A stretch of DNA of 60,393 nucleotides, filler included. It is 5 parts of 5 records of this genome, joined end to end, with 100 filler letters (N's around TTAATTAATTAA, not from the genome) between each part and the next. Parts side by side here need not be neighbours in the genome. Positions count along the whole stretch, not along the records: positions 32,932 to 48,553 come from SRR20825019_1504; positions 48,654 to 60,393 come from SRR20825019_1510; 3 more parts are not named here. One strand, 5' to 3'. The first letter of the stretch is position 1, and each line of letters starts with the position of its first letter. Both the position numbers and the translations under genes were made by a program. A model generated the notes under the pieces. It was not told the DNA's origin. It worked only from the letters and a program-made list of their open reading frames with translations, and ran no database searches. Shown here one piece after another: positions 42,726 through 51,700 of the stretch.

Positions 42726-43661
42726 ATGAAAAAAGCAATAATTATATTCTCAATCATGACTGTTTTAGGAAACTTACAGGTGTTTGCACAAAACATTGGT
42801 GCATCTCCGGAGTATGTTAAAACATTGACATCCCAGTGGAAGGGTGAAAGATATAAAGATGGTAGGCCTAAAGTTTCGGATTTGGTATTGGAGCGACTTG
42901 AGCATGCTACTTTGGAGCAGGTGTGGGGTTACATGATGCGCAAAGGTTATCGAAACCAGGTGGAACTGGATTGGGTAGTGCTAAAACCTGGTGAGGTTAT
43001 GACCGGGCGCGTGGTTACAGCCCAATTTATGCCTACTAGACCGGATTTGGATAGTATTATTAGGGTACAAGGCAAACTTGAGGGGCGGCCACAAAGAGGA
43101 GGTATAAACACATGGCCCATTGATGTGTTGGACAAAAATGATATTTATGTGGCCGATGGCTATGGCAAAATCAAAGATGGTACCCTTATCGGTTCCAGTT
43201 TAGGTAATTCCATATATGGTAAAACCGGAAAGGGTATCATATTCTATGGTTCTATAAGGGATATGCAAGAACTCAAGGAAACCAAAGGCTTCAATGCATG
43301 GGTAAAGGGGCACCACCCTTCTTTTATCAAGGACATGACACCAACTTCGATCAATGCACCCATACGGATTGGTGAAGTAACAGTATTTCCGGGAGACATT
43401 GTTTTCGCCAATGAATATGGAGTAGCTTTTATTCCCGCCCATATGGTCAATGATTTGGTCTCATCTGCAGAAATGACCTCTCTTAATGATGAGTTTGAAA
43501 GATACTTGTTACAGCAGAACAAATATCCTACTGGAGAGATACATGGCGAATGGTCTGATAAAATTGCCAATGAATTTAGGGCATGGATCGAGAAATATCC
43601 GAAGCCACTTACGGTTACCAAGGAAGATGTAGAAAATTATTTGGCCAAAAGAAAACATTGA
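42726..43661 (+). CDS. RraA/HMG-aldolase family protein 2, secreted
   Basis: Signal VFA|Q; GRVVTAQFMP, IGSSL, GSIRD, IGEVTVFPGDIV. Confidence 0.85.
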   Translation: MKKAIIIFSIMTVLGNLQVFAQNIGASPEYVKTLTSQWKGERYKDGRPKVSDLVLERLEHATLEQVWGYMMRKGYRNQVELDWVVLKPGEVMTGRVVTAQFMPTRPDLDSIIRVQGKLEGRPQRGGINTWPIDVLDKNDIYVADGYGKIKDGTLIGSSLGNSIYGKTGKGIIFYGSIRDMQELKETKGFNAWVKGHHPSFIKDMTPTSINAPIRIGEVTVFPGDIVFANEYGVAFIPAHMVNDLVSSAEMTSLNDEFERYLLQQNKYPTGEIHGEWSDKIANEFRAWIEKYPKPLTVTKEDVENYLAKRKH

Positions 43662-43704
43662 TGAGCTTCAGACTTAAACCGGACTGTCAATTTATCCTAA
43701 GATT

Positions 43705-44640
43705 ATGATTTATAGAAAGCTTCACATACTGTTATCAGTTATTTTTTTTATCACAACAGGATTATCGCTGATTGGCCAGACCATGTCCAAAGAAGAACTA
43801 ATTTTTCTAACATCGGAATGGAAGGGGGAGAGGTTTGAGGACGGTCGTCCTAGAATTCCAAATGATGTATTGAAAAGAGCTGCGAAAATTGGAATAGATG
43901 ATGCGTGGACCGTTTTGGAAAACAAAGGCTATACCAATCAGTTTGAAGGGAATTGGAAAATGGTGCACGATGATGTACCGGTCGTAGGAAGGGCATTGAC
44001 AGCAGTTTTTATGCCCAGTCGTCCAGATGTTGAGAGAAACATAAAGGAAAGAGGCATAAATTCCCATGGAAGAAAAGGAAATACAAATTCTTGGCCTATA
44101 GAAGTCCTTTCTGATGGAGATGTTTATGTGGCCGATAGTTTTGGGAAAATCGATGCTGGGACTCTTATGGGGGCTACGCTCGCCACTTCAATTTTTAGTA
44201 AATCCGGTAATGGTGTGGTATTCAATGGAAGTGCTAGGGATTTAGAGGCCATAAGTGAAATTGAAGGGTTCAATGCATTTGTCCGTGATTTTCACCCTTC
44301 ATTTTTGGAAGAAGAAGTATTAATGGGACTCAATACCCCTATTAGAATAGGAAACGTAATGGTTCTTCCAGGAGATTTGGTGTTGGCTAAAAGGGAAGGT
44401 GTCTTGTTCATACCGGCCCATCTGGCAGAACTAGCCATATCAACTGCTGAGTTTGTAGGGTTAAAGGACAAGTTTGGATTTGAAATGGTAAGGTCAAAAA
44501 CATACACAACTGGTGAAATCGACAATAAATGGACCGATGCTATCAAAGATGATTTTTTAGAATGGCTGGGCAATCACCCAGAATACGGTAGCATGTCCAA
44601 GGAACAGTTGGATAACGTTCTAAGTGAAAGAACTTGGTAA
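43705..44640 (+). CDS. RraA/HMG-aldolase family protein 3, secreted
   Basis: Signal LIG|Q; GRALTAVFMP, MGATL, GSARD, IGNVMVLPGDLV. Confidence 0.85.
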   Translation: MIYRKLHILLSVIFFITTGLSLIGQTMSKEELIFLTSEWKGERFEDGRPRIPNDVLKRAAKIGIDDAWTVLENKGYTNQFEGNWKMVHDDVPVVGRALTAVFMPSRPDVERNIKERGINSHGRKGNTNSWPIEVLSDGDVYVADSFGKIDAGTLMGATLATSIFSKSGNGVVFNGSARDLEAISEIEGFNAFVRDFHPSFLEEEVLMGLNTPIRIGNVMVLPGDLVLAKREGVLFIPAHLAELAISTAEFVGLKDKFGFEMVRSKTYTTGEIDNKWTDAIKDDFLEWLGNHPEYGSMSKEQLDNVLSERTW

Positions 44641-44671
44641 AGAATTAATCATTAATTAAAAATAAATCGAA

Positions 44672-45151
44672 ATGTCAAAGTTTGGTAAGTATATCATGCT
44701 CATCACCATTTTTTGTGTATCCTGTATCGGGGAGAGTCAAAAGGAAAGTGATGTTTCAGTTGCGCAGATTGAAGAACTGGATGAAAACCACTGGAAGGGA
44801 ATACAAAAAATTATTACCGATATCAACAATGCGATGGTAAATGCAGACAGTATTCAACTTAATAAGTTGACCTCAGATGCATTGACCTATGGTCATTCCA
44901 GTGGACTAATTCAGAACAAAAGTGAATTTATAAACGATGTTGTCAATGGACCCTTCAACTTTTCCATGATCGATAACCCTGAACAGAATATATACCTGTT
45001 CGATAATACGGCTATCGTAAGGCATGTGTTTCAAGCCAAGGCTACTAATAATGGAGAACAAGTGGATATTCGAATAGGAAATATCCAAGTTTATCAAAAG
45101 AACAAAACTGGAATTTGGAAGTTATTGGCTCGCCAAGCATACAAATTATGA
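44672..45151 (+). CDS. NTF2-like (DUF4440) lipoprotein
   Basis: Lipobox CVSC; LTYGHSSG...KSEFI, AIVRH, WKLLARQA. Confidence 0.8.
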   Translation: MSKFGKYIMLITIFCVSCIGESQKESDVSVAQIEELDENHWKGIQKIITDINNAMVNADSIQLNKLTSDALTYGHSSGLIQNKSEFINDVVNGPFNFSMIDNPEQNIYLFDNTAIVRHVFQAKATNNGEQVDIRIGNIQVYQKNKTGIWKLLARQAYKL

Positions 45152-45183
45152 AAAAAACTTGTACAACTTAACTAATATATATT

Positions 45184-46278
45184 TTGAAAAAATTAAAAAT
45201 TCATTCCTACGTATTGATCATCGCAGGACTTTTACTATTGACATATTCGATTATGGTCGCAACAGGCAGTATTGAGTCGGGCGGTATCCTGCTTGTAGGT
45301 TTTTTTATTTTGCTAGCGATTGGATTTTCAGGATATGAAAACCTTAAAGGTTATGTGTTTGCCGCATTAATTTTCGCGGGAGTTGTTCTCTCTTTATATT
45401 GGCCAAATTATTTTGTTCAAATTGGGGATTTCAAACTCACAAATTTGATTATACCGTTAATCCAAATTATCATGTTTGGAATGGGTACTTCAATGAGTAT
45501 CAGGGATTTTGCGGAAATCATTACATCCCCTAAGGGTGTTTTTGTTGGGGTTTCGGCACAATTGGCTATAATGCCACTTGTAGGTTTTCTTCTTGCAAAA
45601 ATCAGTGGTTTTCCTCCTGAAATTGCAGCAGGTATTGTTCTGATTGGGTGTTCGCCCAGTGGGGTTGCCTCAAACGTAATGGCCTATCTGGCCAAGGCCA
45701 ATCTGGCCCTTTCAATAACTATTACCTCTGTTGCAACACTTTTGGCACCTTTTGTTACACCTTTGTTAATGAAAATTCTTGCGGGTCAGTTTGTGGAGAT
45801 CGATGTGCTTACGATGATGTGGAGCATTACCAAGATGATTATATTGCCTATAGGAGCAGGATTGTTGTTCAACCACTTATTACATGGTCGAACTAAATGG
45901 CTGGACAAGGCCATGCCCTTAACATCAATGTTGGCAATCGGATTAATTATTATAGTTATTACAGCAGCTGGACGTGATAGTTTGTTGGATATAGGAGGCT
46001 TACTTTTGCTGCTTGTATTGGCGCACAACCTATTTGGTTACCTTTTTGGGTATTTGTATGCACGTTTGGTAGGAATGAATGAACGAGATGCTCGTACCAT
46101 ATCCATTGAGGTTGGGATGCAAAATGGCGGTTTGGCTTCTGGAATAGCCAATACACTTGGAAAGATAGCTACAATGGGTCTTGCACCTGCAGTATTCGGG
46201 CCGTTAATGAATATTACTGGTTCCATTTTAGCTTCATATTGGCATAAAAAAACACCAAATCAAGTTATCAATTCATGA
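45184..46278 (+). CDS. Bile acid:sodium symporter (BASS) family transporter
   Basis: IMFGMG, GCSPSGVASNVM, SIEVGMQNGGLA; TTG start. Confidence 0.92.
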   Translation: MKKLKIHSYVLIIAGLLLLTYSIMVATGSIESGGILLVGFFILLAIGFSGYENLKGYVFAALIFAGVVLSLYWPNYFVQIGDFKLTNLIIPLIQIIMFGMGTSMSIRDFAEIITSPKGVFVGVSAQLAIMPLVGFLLAKISGFPPEIAAGIVLIGCSPSGVASNVMAYLAKANLALSITITSVATLLAPFVTPLLMKILAGQFVEIDVLTMMWSITKMIILPIGAGLLFNHLLHGRTKWLDKAMPLTSMLAIGLIIIVITAAGRDSLLDIGGLLLLLVLAHNLFGYLFGYLYARLVGMNERDARTISIEVGMQNGGLASGIANTLGKIATMGLAPAVFGPLMNITGSILASYWHKKTPNQVINS

Positions 46279-46319
46279 ACAAATATAAATTTAAGTTGTT
46301 TGAGTTTGTTTAGTTGATT

Positions 46320-46360
46320 GGGAAGAGAATAGCATGCCCATCATGTCCTCTTCCCTTTTT
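46320..46360 (+). terminator. Terminator-like hairpin between BASS and kdgK
   Basis: GGGAAGAG...CTCTTCCC-TTTTT. Confidence 0.55.
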
Positions 46361-46384
46361 AATTCTCACAAAAAATATACAAAA

Positions 46385-47431
46385 ATGAAAAAAGTAGTAA
46401 CGTTCGGGGAGATCATGCTTCGTTTGGCCCCTCCGGGATTTTTAAGGTTTTCACAAGCAAACTCCTTTGATGTGGTCTATGGCGGAGGGGAGTCTAACGT
46501 AGCGGTTTCGCTGGCCAATTATGGAGTTCCGGTCGATTTTGTGACGCGGTTGCCCAAGAACGACATAGGGGATTGTGCCCTTATGGAAATGCGCAAGCGT
46601 GGTGTTGGTACGGACAAGGTCATATTTGGAGGCGATCGTCTGGGTATCTATTTTTTGGAGACCGGTGCCGTTACCCGTGGCAGTAAGGTGGTCTACGACC
46701 GAGCACATTCGGCCATGGCCGAGATCGAGCAGGGCATGGTAGATTGGAAAGCTGTCTTTGAGGGTGTGGAATGGTTCCATTGGACAGGGATCACCCCTGC
46801 GATTTCCCAAGGCGCGGCCGATGCCTGTCTGGAGGCTGTAAAGGTGGCCAGTGATATGGGAGTTACCATATCCACGGACCTTAACTACCGCGCCAAACTC
46901 TGGAAATACTGTGATGATGCCAAACGTGAGGAGATCATGTCGGAGCTCACCTCCTACTGTGACATCGTCCTTGGGAACGAGGAAGATGCGGAGAAGCACT
47001 TCGGGATCAAGCCCGAAGGGCTGGACATTACCACCCAGGGAGAGCACGTAAAGGCGGAAGCATTCCTATCGGTCTGTGAACAGATGATGAAACGTTTCCC
47101 ACGGGCCAAGAAGGTGATCACCACACTAAGGGGCTCCCTATCGGCATCGCACAACACATGGGCAGGAGTACTTTATGACGGGAAGACCATGTACAAGTCC
47201 CCCGAATACCAGATCACCCACATAGTGGACCGTGTCGGAGGAGGGGACTCCTTTATGGGCGGTTTGATCTACGGACTGCTCAAGTACCCTGAGGACGACC
47301 AGAACGCACTGGATTTTGCCGTAGCGGCATCCTGCCTAAAGCACACCATAAAGGGAGATGCCAACTTGGCAACAGTGGCCGAAGTAGAAAAATTGATGAG
47401 TGGCGATGCCTCCGGAAGGGTGGCCAGATAA
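46385..47431 (+). CDS. kdgK: 2-dehydro-3-deoxygluconokinase (PfkB family)
   Basis: VTFGEIMLRL, GGGESNVA, DLNYRAKLW, DRVGGGDSF; adjacent to eda; ATG at 46385. Confidence 0.88.
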   Translation: MKKVVTFGEIMLRLAPPGFLRFSQANSFDVVYGGGESNVAVSLANYGVPVDFVTRLPKNDIGDCALMEMRKRGVGTDKVIFGGDRLGIYFLETGAVTRGSKVVYDRAHSAMAEIEQGMVDWKAVFEGVEWFHWTGITPAISQGAADACLEAVKVASDMGVTISTDLNYRAKLWKYCDDAKREEIMSELTSYCDIVLGNEEDAEKHFGIKPEGLDITTQGEHVKAEAFLSVCEQMMKRFPRAKKVITTLRGSLSASHNTWAGVLYDGKTMYKSPEYQITHIVDRVGGGDSFMGGLIYGLLKYPEDDQNALDFAVAASCLKHTIKGDANLATVAEVEKLMSGDASGRVAR

Positions 47432-47452
47432 AAAATCACAAAGCACATAAAA

Positions 47453-48124
47453 ATGGCACAATTTTCAAGAATTGATGTAGTGAACGCAATGAGGGATACA
47501 GGAATGGTCCCTCTTTTTTACCACCCCGATATAGCGTTGGGCAAAAAGGTGCTCAAGGCCTGTTACGATGGCGGGGCAAGATTGATGGAGTTCACCGCCC
47601 GGGGCGATTATGCCTATGAAGTGTTCTCCGAGCTGAACAAGTATGCAATCAAAGAACTGCCCGGTATGATCATGGGAGTCGGTTCCATAACGGATGCAGC
47701 AGCAGCATCGCTGTACATGCAGATGGGGGCCAATTTTATAGTGACCCCTTCCTTAAGGGAAGACATAGCGCTGGCCTGCAACCGCCGAAAAGTACTTTGG
47801 TCCCCTGGCTGCGGATCTTTGACGGAGATCAACCGTGCGGAAGAGCTTGGCTGCGAAGTCATCAAGCTTTTTCCTGGCTCCACCTACGGCCCCGGGTTCG
47901 TGAAGGCAATCAAGGGCCCCCAGCCCTGGACGAGCATCATGCCCACCGGTGGAGTGAGCACCGAGGAATCTAACTTAAAAGGATGGTTCGATGCGGGTGT
48001 TACCTGCGTGGGCATGGGATCCAAACTGATCAGCAAGGATATTTTGGCCAATAAAGATTTTGAAGATCTTGAACATTTGGTCAGGGAAACTTTGGCTACG
48101 ATTATCAAAATAAGAAACTTATAG
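47453..48124 (+). CDS. eda: KHG/KDPG aldolase
   Basis: EFTAR, GVGS, GANFIVTP, IKLFPG, MPTGGV, CVGMGS. Confidence 0.92.
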   Translation: MAQFSRIDVVNAMRDTGMVPLFYHPDIALGKKVLKACYDGGARLMEFTARGDYAYEVFSELNKYAIKELPGMIMGVGSITDAAAASLYMQMGANFIVTPSLREDIALACNRRKVLWSPGCGSLTEINRAEELGCEVIKLFPGSTYGPGFVKAIKGPQPWTSIMPTGGVSTEESNLKGWFDAGVTCVGMGSKLISKDILANKDFEDLEHLVRETLATIIKIRNL

Positions 48125-48474
48125 CCCTTATTTAATTACTCGCTTATTGTTGTAAGTCCAGGATGAGACTGAGCACTAGTTAAAACCATAGTTACGATGA
48201 ATACTGATGTATTTATTTCAACTACAAATATTGAAAATTCAATATTTTGATTTACCAAAAATCTAAAGCTTAAAATAGATTTAGTATTTAATTTGGGAGG
48301 ATTATCCAGAATTTACATAATGTGGATTTAGTTATAAAATATTTGGTACTTTTTGAACAGTTTTGACTATTTTTATTCTCTGGAGGACATGTACTTATAC
48401 TCAATCTATACAAAAATGTGCAATAAGGTGTACAGGATTTAAGATACCAGTTTTGGTTTCTGATTTACAGTAAC

Positions 48475-48552
48475 TTATAAAAATATGGATGGTCCAGTTA
48501 TGATCTTCCCTTGCACACCGATTTCGCTGCCCTTGGCGGTGTACTTTTCGAG
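48475..48552 (-). pseudogene. ssb: Truncated single-stranded DNA-binding protein fragment
   Basis: Hand translation LEKYTAKGSEIGVQGKIIT then GPSIFL*; matches the SSB EKY..KG....EGKL.T segment, then loses similarity where the DNA turns AT-rich. Confidence 0.55.
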
Positions 48553-48553
48553 G

Positions 48554-48653
48554 NNNNNNNNNNNNNNNNNNNNNNNNNNNNNNNNNNNNNNNNNNNNTTA
48601 ATTAATTAANNNNNNNNNNNNNNNNNNNNNNNNNNNNNNNNNNNNNNNNNNNN
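48554..48653. other. Artificial contig spacer
   Basis: N44-TTAATTAATTAA-N44. Confidence 0.98.
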
Positions 48654-48680
48654 GGGTGCTAACCGCTACACTATAAGAGA
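48654..48680 (-). tRNA. 5' fragment of a tRNA (isotype unknown, anticodon cut off)
   Basis: Reverse complement TCTCTTA-TA-GTGT-AGCGGTTA-GCAC-CC = acceptor strand, U8A9, D-arm/A-box. Confidence 0.7.
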
Positions 48681-48738
48681 ACGGATGGAATCACTATTTT
48701 TGGCGGTCGAACTTTTCTCTATTTAAAGCAAATCCATC

Positions 48739-51700
48739 TTACTGTGTTGAGGAAGATTGTTGAAGTTGGAGCTGTCGTTGGCTCTGCTTGATGGCCTTTG
48801 CCTCCTTCGCTTCCTTGATACGTTTGGCGATCAGATTAGCAAGCATACCGGGGTTGAGGGTCAGGCTCCTGGTGACGTCGTTAACCTTGTTGATTCCGAC
48901 TAGCTGATGAGCAAGCTCGAACATGTTATTACGAAGAGAGATGATCAAGAACTGAGCACCCTGTGCCTGCTCCAAGACGTACATGGCAACAATGGACACG
49001 TTACGGAAATCAAGGGCAGCGTCGATCTCGTCCATAACGTAGATGGGAGTGGGACGGATGTGATGAAGGGCAAAGACGAGGGCAAGGGACGACAATGTCT
49101 TCTCACCTCCAGAGAGGTTCGAGACTTGCTTCCAAGACTTCTTAGGGGGACGGACAGTGAAGTTAACGCCCTCATACGGATCAGAACTATCGACGAGGTC
49201 CACATCCGCATCACCTCCATGTGCTAGGAGTTGGTACATCTCCTTTAGCTTCCGTTGGATGATCTTGAAGGACGCCATAAAGAGCTCCCTTCGCTGAATC
49301 GTCACCTCCTCCAACTTCTGCTCGGCAAGCATCACCCGTGATACAATGTCATCGTATCGGGCCTTACTAGCGAGGTATTCGGACTGCTTCTGCTGCCATG
49401 ATGCCACTGCAGTGAAGTCGATGGTGGACTTTAGGCGATCGCACTCCGACCTAAGCTCCTTGGCGACGTTAGTACAGCGGGTGAGGTCGTAGGAGGCAAG
49501 GTCAGCGGCATCGACCTCAAGCGAGAAGGCCTCTTGGTCGAAATCCTCATCATCCTCAATCATTTCATCATCATAAGTTGGAGCAGCAGCGGTGGTGGTG
49601 GTATGACCTTGGTGTTCTTCGTCGGAATTAGAGGAGCTATCATCGTCGTTCTCCTCACGCTCACGCTTGAGTCCGGGTACGAGGAGCCTGGCCTGTGAGG
49701 ACACTCGACCAAAGATATCACCACCGACAGTGAGAGACTCGGGGGAGCGGAGGGCAGAGGTTCCAAACTCGATGGCATATTTGATGATCTGATCACGACA
49801 CGATGCGACACGGGCTTTGACACCATCGATTTGCTCCACCTTGTCGCTCATTTGGGATTCCTCCTCGCGGCAGGTACGATCCAAGTCGTCCTTCCTCTTC
49901 TCCAACACGGAGACGTCCTTCTGGGCTGCAGCATACTCCTCCTCAGCTTCACGAAGATTCTGCTCAGCACCCTTAACATTCGTCAAAGCGCCTCCGCACT
50001 TCTGAGTAAGCTCATTGACAATGTTAATTTGGTTCTCATTCTCCACCTTGGAGGCTTGGTCGGCTTCTTGCTTGACCTTCTCCAGCTCCTGCTCGACCTT
50101 TGAAATATCCCTCTCCTTGCTCTCCTTGGTGACAGATGCCTTCTGGCGCTGTGTCTTGGCGGCGGCTAGACGCTCCTGTTGCTTCTTAACATTTGCTTGG
50201 TTGCGCTTAATGTTCTCGCCCATGGCAACGTACTCATCCCCTCCCACCATCTCTAGTGCGCGCTCGGTGTCCTTTAATGCAGCGCTGTTCTTCAGGAGTT
50301 CCTTCTCGGCAGCTTCGTACTCTATTTCAGCCGCACGGCAGGCACGCTCCAGGGCAGGTAGCTCCTTGGCGGAGGCAGAACTCGCCGCAACACGCTCTTC
50401 GGCATCACGAATTCTACGCTCCAAGTTCTGCAGAGTTGCCTCCAGTTGGCTCAGTTGCATCCTCATCCTCTTAATATCCTGTGGATTGTAAGACACACGA
50501 TTGCGAGCCAAGTCTGAGCACTTTTCCTCCAGCTCACGCTCACTGGCAACAGCAATGTTGAGCTCGGCCTGAAGCTCACTGAGGCGCTGGCGGGTTACCT
50601 CACGATCAGCTGGGGCATGAGACGCCTTCAGGTTAGCACCTTGGGGCTTACCACCACCACCAGTAAGCACACCAGTCTTCTCGGCAATACCACCGTCCAT
50701 GGTGACAACTCGATGGCGATTCCCCATGTTGGACACCTTCCGAGCGGTACCCATATCTTTACAGACCAGGGTATCCCTGACGGCGGCATAGAAGGCGATC
50801 TCAAATTTAGCATTGGTGGGCTTGATGAGGTCAAATAGACGCTGGGAGCCAGGAGGGCACTTGAACCCGCGATTCAGAGCAGCACGATTGTTTCGCTCGA
50901 CGTCATCGAGAATAAGGAACGTTGCACGCTCGTTGACGGTTTTTAAGAAGGCCACGGCCTGCCTAGCAGTCTCCTGATCCTGCACAATGTGATGACCCCA
51001 GTGCTGTGAGGCCACCCCAGCAGGAACATCATACTCATCAGCAATTCGGCCGAGTTGGCGGAGAGTTCCGTAATACTTAGGCATAGACTGCTGCGAGAGT
51101 AAGGACATGACCTTGTCGCCATTTTGATGCTCACGGTGCTCGTACTTAATCGCCTCGATCTGACCATTGATTTGATGCTTTTGCTTGGACAGCCTACCAA
51201 TCTGCTCCTGTAGTGGGGCAAGCTGGGCATCAATATCACGGCCACTGGTCTCGCTGGACTGGATGGTTTCCATCAGGCCATTACGGCGGTTCAACGTCTC
51301 GGTCTTCTCTTGGTTGAGAGTATTGAGTGCCTCTTGGCGCTTTGCATGGTCGTCGGAAAGGGTGTTGGCGCGATGCTGGGCATCCTCAAACTTAAGCTTC
51401 GCTGCGGCGACTGCGTGATTATATGGGGCGATCTGCTGCTTCAACAAACCTAGCTTCTGGCGGAGGGGCTTCATCTCAGTGAGAAGATCATCGGTTCGTT
51501 TCTCGTAGATTGGCTCGAGGCGAGTCAGCTCGCTTTGACACTCCTCAAGACTTCCAGAGGCGATGCTAATGTTGGTCTCGGCGTCGCCAATCTGGGAGTT
51601 TTGCTCACGGAGATCCTGCTGACACTTACGAAGACGGTCCTGGAGCTTCTTCTGAAGCTTGTTGTTTTCATCCGCACCAGCCCGGATTTCCTCGAGGCGT

